Shown: positions 48,310-57,876, counted from the first letter of the stretch. The stretch is 64,000 nt of DNA from Minisyncoccota bacterium (GCA_021734445.1 JAIPIY010000001.1:185306-249305); one strand, 5' to 3'. A program made the numbers and translations. The notes: generated by a model not told the origin, from the letters alone.

Positions 48310-49665
48310 ATGAGAGGAACAACGCACAATGGCAGTCATTTCGCCAACAAAGGAACATCTCGATCTAGTGGAGAGAGTATGTTTTCAGTTGGCAATCTTG
48401 TGGCATTTCGCTACAACTATTATTCTTCTCCAGACGGGAGAAGCAGTAGTCGAGGTTTATGTCCGACTACAAACCATTATCTGCTTCAAGAGGAGATTCT
48501 CCTCGAAGAGTACGACAACACAAGCCATGACGGCTATGGGGGTGGAGATTACGACATCCGAGAGATTGTTGAAATGTCGGACATTTTCTGGCACGAATAT
48601 TCAGCAGATGTTGTACTTAAGACATTCTTGCTCCAGGTTTTGGAGACCAACAAGAATATTTTTTTCAACAACTTCATCTCCGGTGATATTGCCGAGGTGA
48701 GAAATCACCCAGGCAGATTTCTTCATATTTACGAAATCCCGGAAGGGTATCGTGAATGTGAAGCTGAGACATTCGAGGCAACTGTCGAAAAAATCAACCT
48801 ACAGAAAAAGCAGGAAGATGATTTCGAGGTTGAGAAAGTAGCAAAGCGTTACCGCGGAATTGAGCTTGTTTTTGGTATCACCGCCAATGGGTGGTACGCT
48901 AGTCGTGCATCATTCGGGAAGCATTCTGTGCAACTCCAACATAAACATGATGACACTCGCAGAAGTCACTACAGGTTGGTGATTATGCCCTGCGTACCAA
49001 ATGGTAGTTATCAGTTTTATATTGGTGGAACTCCTATGTACTTGCATTTACAAGACGGAAGAGAGCCATCAATTGACACATTGACTAACACCCATTGGGC
49101 CAACAGCCAAAGCTGGAAGTATTGCGAAATTCAGACCTTAACAATTGAGAAAGGCTGGATATTCATTAATGGAGAGGATGTGTTTGAAAACACAAAGAAA
49201 ATCATTGATGAACTACGGGCGTCTCAAAAAAGTGCCCGTAATAATAAGTTTGAGGAACTTTCAAAAATCGTTGCTGAAAAGCATAGTGAAGGAATTCTCA
49301 AGCTTGTACTTCGCAAGAAGGGTTCAGTTCTTGCAATTTTGAAAGTGTTGAGCGAAAGTCCGACACAAGTAGAAATTGTTGATCTGGTAAAAATCCTAGA
49401 GCTATCAAGCTCTGCACCAGTAATTGCCAATCTCATAGATTTTGTAGCCAGTAAAGTAAACCCTTTCAAAGCAGCGAAAGTTGCCGAGAAAGCATACGCC
49501 TGGTCATACCTTCGAAACGCCTTACCGGGCGTTGGGTTCACTGGATACTTTGAAGACGCCAGTACGGCGTTACAGATTTATTCAAAGAACTGGAAAGCAG
49601 AAACCAGAAGCGGAGATAACTCCGCAATGGAAGATGCTCTTTGGAGGGCAGGGTTAATAAAATAA
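48310..49665 (+). CDS. Hypothetical protein in a GC-elevated island
   Basis: RBS gaggtg lies 7 nt before ATG 48310. About 450 aa, no recognisable domain, codon usage unlike the host genes. Confidence 0.45.
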   Translation: MRGTTHNGSHFANKGTSRSSGESMFSVGNLVAFRYNYYSSPDGRSSSRGLCPTTNHYLLQEEILLEEYDNTSHDGYGGGDYDIREIVEMSDIFWHEYSADVVLKTFLLQVLETNKNIFFNNFISGDIAEVRNHPGRFLHIYEIPEGYRECEAETFEATVEKINLQKKQEDDFEVEKVAKRYRGIELVFGITANGWYASRASFGKHSVQLQHKHDDTRRSHYRLVIMPCVPNGSYQFYIGGTPMYLHLQDGREPSIDTLTNTHWANSQSWKYCEIQTLTIEKGWIFINGEDVFENTKKIIDELRASQKSARNNKFEELSKIVAEKHSEGILKLVLRKKGSVLAILKVLSESPTQVEIVDLVKILELSSSAPVIANLIDFVASKVNPFKAAKVAEKAYAWSYLRNALPGVGFTGYFEDASTALQIYSKNWKAETRSGDNSAMEDALWRAGLIK

Positions 49666-49846
49666 CGGGTTAGGGTTAATCAAAGGGCAAGCGACATAAA
49701 AATCGCTTGCCCTCGTTATTGAAATCTTGAGTTGTAAAAGATTCGAGGTTTCATTGCGAGTTAAGTTGAACTAAAAACTTTACACAATCCGGGTGTAGAA
49801 TTCTTGCTTGTGCAAGTTTTGTAGTCGAGAGGCAACGGAAGAAAGA

Positions 49847-50266
49847 ATGGTAAAAAAAAATTTGAATTTTTTGCAACTTGTTGAGGTTCTCGATGGATTT
49901 GGAGGACCACTCCTTGGAATGATTTCTCTGTTTATCAAACAACAATGGGAAATCCTTGTCTGTGTTGAAAAAGCAGACCAGATCTGCCGAGAATACTTAC
50001 TTGAAGAGGTTGATGGATTCATAACCGTCAATATTGATTATGCTTTCGAATATGATGCGAGTGAACTTATAATCCACTACAATTCCCGTAGTGGGAAATA
50101 TTATAAGTTTACCATCTCAAGAGAGTTTGGATTTCCACGTGGTGGACTGTGTCACAGCATGGAATATCCTGAAGATTCAGCGCTGGCTGATTTTATTCAA
50201 GAAGTGTCTTCTTTATCAGGGAGACATCCAAATCCTCTTTTTCGCGGGAGAGAAACCAATGAATAG
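49847..50266 (+). CDS. Hypothetical protein (island gene 2)
   Basis: RBS ggaag lies 6 nt before ATG 49847. Preceded and followed by the ggttagggttaa + hairpin module. Confidence 0.4.
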   Translation: MVKKNLNFLQLVEVLDGFGGPLLGMISLFIKQQWEILVCVEKADQICREYLLEEVDGFITVNIDYAFEYDASELIIHYNSRSGKYYKFTISREFGFPRGGLCHSMEYPEDSALADFIQEVSSLSGRHPNPLFRGRETNE

Positions 50267-50395
50267 TGGTTAGGGTTAAACTGGGCGAGCTCAACGTAGC
50301 TCGCCCTTTCTATATCAATACGAAACACTTTTTGGTGTTGATTAGAGAGAGATTGACTTATTTTGTCTGGATGATATTGTAAAGATAAACCAACC

Positions 50396-50749
50396 TTGTC
50401 AGCTATGAACAATCAAGATGTAATTGCACGATTTGATCGACCCAACAAACAATGGAACGTCTCAGCACCGGACTTTATGGGAGCCCTTGATACTTGTATC
50501 ATTAGCGGATGCACCATTGAAATTCCTGAAGATGCTACAGGTATCCAGGATGTAATATTCCACGGGTCACACCTTCAAAACCCCGAAGAGATGGAATTGT
50601 CTGGAGAGATTACTTCCGTCCTCTTTAACTCTGAAACAAAGCGTTTCGAGGATACCAGTGGTAAAGAAGTTGTCATCAATGGACAACATGTTCTTTGTTC
50701 TGAAATTGGAATGGTTTTCCACATATCGGAATCAGTTACACCCCAGTGA
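50396..50749 (+). CDS. Hypothetical protein (island gene 3)
   Basis: 117-aa ORF followed by a strong terminator. Confidence 0.4.
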   Translation: MSAMNNQDVIARFDRPNKQWNVSAPDFMGALDTCIISGCTIEIPEDATGIQDVIFHGSHLQNPEEMELSGEITSVLFNSETKRFEDTSGKEVVINGQHVLCSEIGMVFHISESVTPQ

Positions 50750-50754
50750 GCCCC

Positions 50755-50807
50755 GCCCTGTTGTCTGCACATTCGCAGGCGACAGGGCTTTTTTTTGACT
50801 TTACAGA
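50755..50807 (+). terminator. Rho-independent terminator gccctgttgtctgcacattcgcaggcgacagggc + T9
   Basis: Long GC stem plus TTTTTTTTT immediately after the 50749 stop. Confidence 0.65.
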
Positions 50808-50848
50808 ATCCACGTGCTATTCTAAAAAAGAACCAAAACCGACTGATC

Positions 50849-51205
50849 ATGTACCTTGTATACTGGAATTTGCTTGCAAAGAAGTGGGTATGCCATCATG
50901 CAGGAAAAACAACAGAAGAAACTTTTTTCTCTGGAACAAATGCAAATTTTTGGATAATCCCACAAAATCGCTTAACGGCATTGAGTCAAATAGAGACAAG
51001 GCCCGAGCTAATAGCCCCCAATGAACATGTTCATGCATTCATTGGACTGAGTACGATAGGACACCATCGACAATTTAAATCTCAGGAAGAGACTGAAGTG
51101 TACCATGATCTTACATCAGGTCTTTTCAAGAAGAAAGAAACGGGAGAAGAAATTCATAACGCACCTCAAATTCTTTTCACCGATTCTGGCAAGATGTTTG
51201 TCTAA
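50849..51205 (+). CDS. Hypothetical protein (island gene 4)
   Basis: The ORF begins inside the preceding terminator, so the start is placed at Met 50849 (MYLVYWNLL...). Followed by a terminator. Confidence 0.35.
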   Translation: MYLVYWNLLAKKWVCHHAGKTTEETFFSGTNANFWIIPQNRLTALSQIETRPELIAPNEHVHAFIGLSTIGHHRQFKSQEETEVYHDLTSGLFKKKETGEEIHNAPQILFTDSGKMFV

Positions 51206-51226
51206 TCTCAATCGGAAACCAATAAC

Positions 51227-51258
51227 CCGCACCCTATCAAGGGTGCGGTACTTTTTTA
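51227..51258 (+). terminator. Rho-independent terminator ccgcaccc-tatcaa-gggtgcgg + TACTTTTTT
   Basis: 8-bp GC stem plus T-run. Confidence 0.6.
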
Positions 51259-51329
51259 TACAAAAATTTTATAAAACAAAAACCCATCACGGGAGAGTAA
51301 CGGGTTTTTGTTTTATAGAGCAAGAAAAA

Positions 51330-51608
51330 TTATTTTCCAGCTACCAAATCTTTCAAAGCTTTTCCAGCTTGGAATTTTGGAACTTTTGTTGCAGCAACTT
51401 TTACCATTTCACCTGTTCGAGGGTTTCGAGCTTCACGTGCAGCACGTGGTTTTACTTTGAAAATCCCAAAACCAGCGATTGAAACATCTGTTCCTTTTTT
51501 CAAAGACCCAGCGATTGCTTCAAAAATTCCTGAAACAACACCTTCTGCTTGTACTTTTGTACCACCTAATTGTTGTTGTACCATTTCTATAAGATCATTT
51601 TTGTTCAT
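51330..51608 (-). CDS. hup: HU-family DNA-binding protein
   Basis: MNKNDLIEMVQQQ...GFGIFKVKPRAAREARNPRTGE is the signature HU arm. Confidence 0.9.
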   Translation of the reverse strand: MNKNDLIEMVQQQLGGTKVQAEGVVSGIFEAIAGSLKKGTDVSIAGFGIFKVKPRAAREARNPRTGEMVKVAATKVPKFQAGKALKDLVAGK

Positions 51609-51777
51609 ATGCGTATATAATTACTTTTAAAACTTGTTAATAATGATAGAGCATCACCAGAGCGATACTGCATCGATAGGAACCTTCATACGTTATTATA
51701 GGACATGGGTAAAAAAAGAGCAAGTGTTTTTTGAAAAAGGATGAATAAACACAAGGGTATTTTGCTGTCCATGTCAA

Positions 51778-53298
51778 CTATCTCGCGTATTCGATAATTC
51801 TTTGCTCTCGGATCAATGCAACTCGAATTTCTCCTGGATATTTTAGATCACTTTCAATTTTCTTTGCGATATCACGTGCTAATTGCTTGGCATGCAAATC
51901 AGAGACTTTTTCTGGGTATACAAACACACGAATTTCACGTCCTGCAGACAGTGCATACGATTTTTCAATACCTTCGAAGGAATTTGCGACGGCTTCTAGT
52001 TCTCGTAATCGTTTTAAATAGTTTTCTACGGTATCACGACGTGCCCCTGGGCGACCTCCTGATATCATATCGGCAGCCTGAACGATGATTGCCTCGATAG
52101 ATGCGTGTGGATAATCATCATGATGTGATTTCATTGCGTCAATAACCCGTTCATCTACGCCGAATTTTTGTAAAATACGAATTCCGATTTCAATATGAGT
52201 ACCCTGGACTTCATGATCCAATGCTTTTCCAATATCGTGTAATAATGCACCCGCTTTTGCTATGGCAACATCAGCGCCCAGTTCTTCGGCCAACATTCCT
52301 GCAATATGAGTCATTTCAATAGAATGCTGTAACACGTTTTGCCCATAGCTGGTTCGGAAATACAGTCGACCCACAATAGAAACAACCCGTGGATCCAAAT
52401 TGAATATACCACATTCATAAACCGCTTGTTCTCCTTTTTCTTTGATAATTTTATTGATTTCAGTTTTTGCTTTTTCAACTATTTCTTCTATTTTTGCTGG
52501 TTGAATACGTCCATCTAAAATAAGATTTTCCAATGCCAATCGTGCAATCTGACGACGAATAGGGTCAAATGATGAAATAACAATAGTTCCCGGAGTATCA
52601 TCAACAATCAATTCAACACCCGCTGTTCGTTCAAAAGCACGAATATTTCGTCCTTCTTTCCCAATAATTTTTCCTTTAACATCATCGTTCGGTATAGAAA
52701 CAGCCGTAGTGGTTACTTCGGATGCGGTCGAAGAAGCCAATCGGTTGATCACCGTAGCCAGTATATCTTTTGCTTTACGTTCGGTTTTTTCCTGCATAAA
52801 CAATTCTTGTTTTTGCATGTGGACCAACAAATCTTCTTCATATTGCTTTTCCACATCACGAAGCAATATATCCCGCGCTTCTTCTGATGATAATCGTGAT
52901 ATTTTTTCTAGTTCTTTTCTTTTTTCAAGTTCAGAATTTTGTATTCTTTCTTTGATTTTTTTTACTTCTTCTATCTTCACCTGCAATAACATTGATTCAC
53001 GATCCAAATCTGTTTGGCGCTTATCCAACAGTTCTTCTTTTTTCACCAATCGATCTTCAGTTTTTTTCAATTCAACCCGAGTTTCTTTTTCTTCTTGTTC
53101 CACCATCAATAGACGGTCTTCTGCTTTTTGTTTTGCTTCGTCTTTTATCTTTTGAGCATCATCTTTTGCTTGAAGGGTCATTTGTTTAACCTCGAGCTCT
53201 AAAGATTTTCGTTGCGAAATAGCAAAAAGATATCGCGCAATATACCCCAAAACACCCCCGACAATCAGGGTGACAAAAACGAGAATGATAGTATTCAT
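51778..53298 (-). CDS. rny: Ribonuclease Y
   Basis: N-terminal TM helix, coiled coil, a KH domain and the HD domain (LLHDIGKALDHE). The start is placed at MNTIIL. Confidence 0.9.
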   Translation of the reverse strand: MNTIILVFVTLIVGGVLGYIARYLFAISQRKSLELEVKQMTLQAKDDAQKIKDEAKQKAEDRLLMVEQEEKETRVELKKTEDRLVKKEELLDKRQTDLDRESMLLQVKIEEVKKIKERIQNSELEKRKELEKISRLSSEEARDILLRDVEKQYEEDLLVHMQKQELFMQEKTERKAKDILATVINRLASSTASEVTTTAVSIPNDDVKGKIIGKEGRNIRAFERTAGVELIVDDTPGTIVISSFDPIRRQIARLALENLILDGRIQPAKIEEIVEKAKTEINKIIKEKGEQAVYECGIFNLDPRVVSIVGRLYFRTSYGQNVLQHSIEMTHIAGMLAEELGADVAIAKAGALLHDIGKALDHEVQGTHIEIGIRILQKFGVDERVIDAMKSHHDDYPHASIEAIIVQAADMISGGRPGARRDTVENYLKRLRELEAVANSFEGIEKSYALSAGREIRVFVYPEKVSDLHAKQLARDIAKKIESDLKYPGEIRVALIREQRIIEYAR

Positions 53299-53550
53299 AT
53301 ATTTATAAGCACAGAACAAGGCTACACAAAAATGGACTACTCGCTTTCAAAAGAACCCGTGAACCTTTTCTTTGAACTATTTCAAAGAAGAAAGGTCTTT
53401 TACAAGGAATGGTACAAAAATCTCTGCATACACCCGTTATGTGCACCATACAATGAGATTAATAAAAAATACACGACATACTGAGAAAATACCATGAGAT
53501 GTGTATTAATCTCATGGTATCACAAAACATTGTAAATTGTCGAGAAAAAT

Positions 53551-54471
53551 CTAAAAATCGCCTTGATTCGAAGCAAAAGACTCTTGTGGCAACATAACCA
53601 TACTCAAAGACTGTGCAAATTCTTTTGAACGTCTTCGGAATGAATCTGGATACATAGGGAAATAGCTATTTCCTAATTCTGCAACTTTTGCCAAAGATTG
53701 TGACAATTGCAAAGCTAATTGATCTGCAAAAAGAGGATGATTTGATTTTTGATCAACAATAAATGCATACATTTCTTCTAATCGATTCGAATATTCATCC
53801 AAAGACAAATTTCGACACCAGTTTGTAACATTGTCTAGATCAAAAAAATGCAATTCTCGTGCGCGAACGTATTCATTCAAATACCCTTCTTTCAAAGGTT
53901 TTAATAATTCATTCACCTGATATGCCGTTATCGCCAATGCATCGCCTTCTTTATACACATCTCCAGCGCATTCTTTTGCTATTTCTGCCAATGGGCGTAT
54001 GTTTCGCACCATATCATAAAAATATTCTTCACGTCCTGTACCTGGTAATGAAGAAAACAATGTTGCCAAAGATTCTCGTACCAAATCAGCAAACGCTCGT
54101 CTGTCTTTTTCTCCAACCAGAGGTAATTTGGTATTTTCTAAAAATGATTTCAATTGATCAGTGTCTTCCAATGTCAACAAAAGTTCTTTTTGATAGGTAT
54201 TTTCATCTGAAAAAGAAGATTCTAACGAAACGCCGAAACCAGCATTTCGAAGAGTAGGGGCATATGCAATTTGAAATTTCTCCGGAGAAATTTGATTATG
54301 CAAAGGGTCTTTTGGGTCTGGGTGTTCATCACCCATATCACGACCAGAAGATGCATCTGGGGTATACATACGCGCACGATCTAATGCATCCAAGCAGTTT
54401 GCAATATTCTCCAATTCTGGAGACTGAAATGCTTCACGAGATTGAAAAACAGGAGTTCGTTCCATAGACAT
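53551..54471 (-). CDS. Hypothetical protein translationally coupled to clpP
   Basis: Its ATG overlaps the clpP stop (TAATG). 306 aa with no recognisable domain. It occupies the position where clpX usually lies. Confidence 0.5.
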   Translation of the reverse strand: MSMERTPVFQSREAFQSPELENIANCLDALDRARMYTPDASSGRDMGDEHPDPKDPLHNQISPEKFQIAYAPTLRNAGFGVSLESSFSDENTYQKELLLTLEDTDQLKSFLENTKLPLVGEKDRRAFADLVRESLATLFSSLPGTGREEYFYDMVRNIRPLAEIAKECAGDVYKEGDALAITAYQVNELLKPLKEGYLNEYVRARELHFFDLDNVTNWCRNLSLDEYSNRLEEMYAFIVDQKSNHPLFADQLALQLSQSLAKVAELGNSYFPMYPDSFRRRSKEFAQSLSMVMLPQESFASNQGDF

Positions 54472-55058
54472 TATTTACGTTTATCAATAATTTTATCAAC
54501 GATACCGTATTTTTTGGCATCTTCTGCATTCATATAAAAATCACGCTCTACATCGGTTTCAATTTTTTTAATAGCTTGTCCTGTATTTTTTGCAAGAATT
54601 TTATTCAAATTATCACGTGTTTGCAAAATATGTTTTGCAGTAATAGCGATATCGGTTGCCTGACCTTCGACACCACCTAATGGCTGATGAATCATGACTT
54701 CGGCGTTTGGTAGGATAAAACGTTTTCCTTTTTCTCCTGATGACAACAACAATGCCCCAGCCGAAGCAGCCATACCCACACAAATAGTCGAAACTGCGGG
54801 CTTAATAAAATGCATGGTGTCATAGATTGCCATCGCTGCAGTTACCGAACCCCCAGGGGAATTGATATACAACTGAATATCTTTTGTGCTGTCTTCGGAT
54901 TCAAGAAACAATAACTGGGCAATAATAATATTAGCTACATGGTCATTAATCGGGCCACCCAAGAAAATAATACGTTCACGCAATAATCGTGAATAAATAT
55001 CGTACGCACGTTCACCAAATTGTGATTTTTCGATAACGGTTGGAATAAGAATTGACAT
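54471..55058 (-). CDS. clpP: ATP-dependent Clp protease proteolytic subunit
   Basis: Catalytic triad context ...[11 protein letters not shown]... HQPLGG ...; 195 aa. Confidence 0.95.
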   Translation of the reverse strand: MSILIPTVIEKSQFGERAYDIYSRLLRERIIFLGGPINDHVANIIIAQLLFLESEDSTKDIQLYINSPGGSVTAAMAIYDTMHFIKPAVSTICVGMAASAGALLLSSGEKGKRFILPNAEVMIHQPLGGVEGQATDIAITAKHILQTRDNLNKILAKNTGQAIKKIETDVERDFYMNAEDAKKYGIVDKIIDKRK

Positions 55059-55132
55059 AATATTTAAAATAAAAGGAATAATCTGTATCTCACGTGGTTA
55101 GTATAACAGAATTGTATTAAAAAATCATTTCT

Positions 55133-56113
55133 TTAATACAAAGAGATTTTCAAGCTTTTTTGAAGATTATATGTATTCCCGTGGCTCAATAGCCCTCGAT
55201 ATGAATTTACTGTTTCAGGTTTTGGATAATTTCTAAGGTTTTTTATCACCTTTCGCTTGGTTGTTGTTCTTATCTGACGATAATGAGGAAAATGTACCCA
55301 GCCCAAGAAATCAACGCCCGAAGCATATGTTTTTATGTACACTTTATCTGGATGAAGCTGTAATTTTAACGTGTTATTTAAAAATAAGTTTATGTTAGAT
55401 AATAAATTTTCAAGATATTTTTTGTCTTGAGACAAAATAACGAAATCATCAGCATATCGAATATAATACCTTACCCGAAGTTCTTGTTTCATATACATAT
55501 CAAACTCATGCATATAAATATTCACAAGCAACTGCGATGTCAGATTCCCCAGTGGCAACCCAACACCTTCTCGAGTTATCTGAAAGCTTTTTATCACTTG
55601 ATGTATCAACCACAACATCTCATCATCTGCAATATGTCGTTTTAAAATAGATTTTAGTACATCATGATCAATACTTGCAAAAAATTTTCTCACGTCACAT
55701 TTTAAAACGTAACATGTTTTTGTATTATTTTTTGATACTTTATTTGCGAACACCTTAAATCTTTCAAACGCCCGATGGGTACCTTTATATTTACGACATG
55801 AATATGAGTCATAAATAAATCTATCATCAAAATACCAATACAATTCTTTATAAATTAAATGATGTACCACCCTATCACGAACAATTGCTTTATGAATATT
55901 TCTTGGTTTAGGGTCAGAAACATTAAATGCAAAATATCCTGAATGTTCGTAGGTTCTTGTATGTAACATAGTATGTAGTTCTATAATATTATCTGCAAGA
56001 TGTGCTTCAAATTCCATGACATCTTTTTTATTACGCTTGCCACGGATAAAACGCCCCCATGTCGAGAGAATATTTTCTATTGATATGATATTATGATAAG
56101 TATGAGTGAACAT
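55133..56113 (-). CDS. Diversity-generating retroelement (DGR) reverse transcriptase
   Basis: RT motifs 1-7 are present, including YADDFVIL. The DGR-specific motif-4 signature GLPLGNLTSQLLVNIY (SQ instead of SP) is also present. 326 aa, adjacent to the TR/VR pair. Confidence 0.8.
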   Translation of the reverse strand: MFTHTYHNIISIENILSTWGRFIRGKRNKKDVMEFEAHLADNIIELHTMLHTRTYEHSGYFAFNVSDPKPRNIHKAIVRDRVVHHLIYKELYWYFDDRFIYDSYSCRKYKGTHRAFERFKVFANKVSKNNTKTCYVLKCDVRKFFASIDHDVLKSILKRHIADDEMLWLIHQVIKSFQITREGVGLPLGNLTSQLLVNIYMHEFDMYMKQELRVRYYIRYADDFVILSQDKKYLENLLSNINLFLNNTLKLQLHPDKVYIKTYASGVDFLGWVHFPHYRQIRTTTKRKVIKNLRNYPKPETVNSYRGLLSHGNTYNLQKSLKISLY

Positions 56114-56495
56114 AATAAAAACATTAAATCTACCCCCCCCCCCGTTAGTATTGGTACGAGCAAAAGAAGTGTATCGTGTGTGGCACTTGCATCTTTCTCA
56201 TGTTAAACGAGTTGATCGTTATACTATTGGAACAAAAATTGATGATGAATTTATATCTATTCTTGAAATAATATTCCGAGCAACTTTTGCGTATGATAAA
56301 TTTGAAAAACTTTCTCTTGTGTCACAAGCTCTTGGTAAAAATGATCTTCTAAAATTCTTTCTGCAATTAGGTTGGGAACAAAAAGTTCTTAATCACACAA
56401 TATACGGACAACTCATTATTCTTTTGGATGAAGTTGGACGTATGTTAGGTGGTTGGAAGAAAAATCTCCAAGAAAAAACTCCCACCAACAAATAA
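56106..56495 (+). CDS. Avd-like accessory variability determinant, on the opposite strand to the RT
   Basis: The C-terminal LLDEVGRMLGGWKKNLQEK resembles the bAvd C-terminal EVGRILGSWI helix. About 125 aa with helical-bundle-like composition. A non-ATG (GTG/TTG) start is needed. Confidence 0.55.
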   Translation: MNIIKTLNLPPPPLVLVRAKEVYRVWHLHLSHVKRVDRYTIGTKIDDEFISILEIIFRATFAYDKFEKLSLVSQALGKNDLLKFFLQLGWEQKVLNHTIYGQLIILLDEVGRMLGGWKKNLQEKTPTNK

Positions 56496-56515
56496 GTTAG
56501 TGGGAGAAAAAAATG

Positions 56516-56637
56516 AGTAGCAGAAGCACAACAGGCAATTGTCACCGTCCCAGTCATTCTCGAAGTTCCCGAGGTTGAACTTCCAGTCACCGTCCGAGTT
56601 CCGGTTCACGTTCGGCACCCTGTGGTAACCGTCAGAG
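56516..56637 (-). repeat. DGR template repeat (TR)
   Basis: About 122 bp, aligning without gaps to the VR at 56983-57104. 20 of 22 mismatches are minus-strand A in the TR against another base in the VR. In frame it encodes an Asn(AAC)-rich segment NVNRNSDGDWKFNLGNFENDWDGDN. Confidence 0.75.
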
Positions 56638-56977
56638 GACGCCCAAGCTTTTTGTATGAAATATTGTCTATTCCACCACATCTAACACCAGTCAGACGTT
56701 GTATTTCATTTGGAGTTTAAAAACTCTCTCATATTTCACACCGACTTATTTTTGTTTTTTCATTCAAGGAGGCTCTCGTTTCAAAGGCGTACCCATCAAA
56801 CTTCTCGCCAAAACCCTGTACGAGATTTCAATGCCGTGAAGTCGTAACCGCACGTTCGTATCTACTTTCCAAAATCAGTATAACTGAAATATAAAAAATA
56901 AAAAAGAGCACTTGCTTTCGCAAGTGCTCAAAGGGTCAAAGACCCAAATTAGAAACAAGGTACCAAGTGCCAAAGGA

Positions 56978-57643
56978 CTATAAGTCGCAGAAGCACAACA
57001 GGCAACGGACACCGACCCAGTCAAGCCCGAAGTCCCCGAGGAGGAACCAACAGCCACCGTCCGAGCACCGGAACACGAGCGGCACCCTGCGGTAACCGTC
57101 AGAGTCTTTCCACAGAGAATCCTTTTCATCAAAGGACACTGTGTATTTACCCACCGGAAACTCGTCTGGCTTGTTGGCTTGCAACAAAGTGAGACCTTGT
57201 CCACCCACGAGGATGGCATGTTGCTTCGCAAGGAATCTCATACAATCTTCGCTGGTTACCGTTGCCAATATCGGGAAGATTCGCACGCGATACTTCTTGC
57301 TCGGCTCCAGCTCGTTGGTCGCTTTCGCAAAATTCTTGCTGGTAAGGGCATCATTGAAGTAATACGTGGTTGAAAGCAGTTTGGTCTTCCCGGCAAAGGT
57401 ATCGAGCTGGGTGTCGTGCTTGTAATCTGACGGCACCGTGAACTCGAAATCCTTTATTGCGGGACCGAAACGCTGGTCCACCATGGCAAGTTTTTGCAGG
57501 ATCGGCTTGATCTGTTTCTGCATTTCACCACCAGATTTGATAATTTCCTGAGCCTCTTCTTTTGAGAGGTTCAACGCCCTGAGACCATCTCGAAAGAGGT
57601 CGGTCAGACGATTTTCTTGGCTTGACGTGATCTTTTCAGTCAT
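56978..57643 (-). CDS. DGR target protein with the variable region at its C-terminus
   Basis: The last 41 codons (...DGYRRVPLVFRCSDGGCWFLLGDFGLDWVGVRCLLCFCDL) overlie the VR. A hairpin agcacttgctttcgcaagtgct lies 50 nt past the stop. Confidence 0.7.
   Translation of the reverse strand: MTEKITSSQENRLTDLFRDGLRALNLSKEEAQEIIKSGGEMQKQIKPILQKLAMVDQRFGPAIKDFEFTVPSDYKHDTQLDTFAGKTKLLSTTYYFNDALTSKNFAKATNELEPSKKYRVRIFPILATVTSEDCMRFLAKQHAILVGGQGLTLLQANKPDEFPVGKYTVSFDEKDSLWKDSDGYRRVPLVFRCSDGGCWFLLGDFGLDWVGVRCLLCFCDL
56983..57104 (-). other. DGR variable repeat (VR) inside the target gene's 3' end
   Basis: See the TR entry. The 3' 17 nt adjacent to the stop are near-identical to the TR (IMH-like), and the 5' 14 nt are identical. 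Confidence 0.75.
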
Positions 57644-57840
57644 CGTTCTTGTTTTTAAATCGTGAAAAAGGACTATTCCTGATTCTGGTATATCATAGCA
57701 TGAATGAGTATAAAAGTCAAATATTAGACTTGAATTCTTTGGGATTCCCTCATGCGCCTGCCTTTGCCGGCAAACAGGCGGGAATAACTGTTGGATGTGT
57801 TCAGATTCCCACCTACGTGGGAATGACAGCAGAGGAGGAG

Positions 57841-57870
57841 GAAAAACCCCGTCGCTCGCGAGCGACGGGG
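57841..57870 (-). terminator. tig terminator ccccgtcgctcgcgagcgacgggg + T-run on the minus strand
   Basis: Perfect 12-bp palindrome; on the minus strand it is followed by TTTTTC. The same hairpin family occurs at 59641-59672. Confidence 0.55.
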
Positions 57871-57876
57871 TTAAAC

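Noticed and set aside
49669-50280. TTAGGG-containing 12-mer ggttagggttaa, which resembles a telomere repeat
   Set aside because: Only two copies, each embedded in a gene-end terminator module of the island. There is no tandem array, so this is coincidental resemblance.
56393-56681. ORFs 56393-56590 (-) and 56445-56681 (-) in the six-frame track
   Set aside because: They coincide with the DGR template repeat. The TR is a non-translated template, so these are not protein-coding genes. Likewise 56875-57231 (-) is an alternative frame of the target gene.
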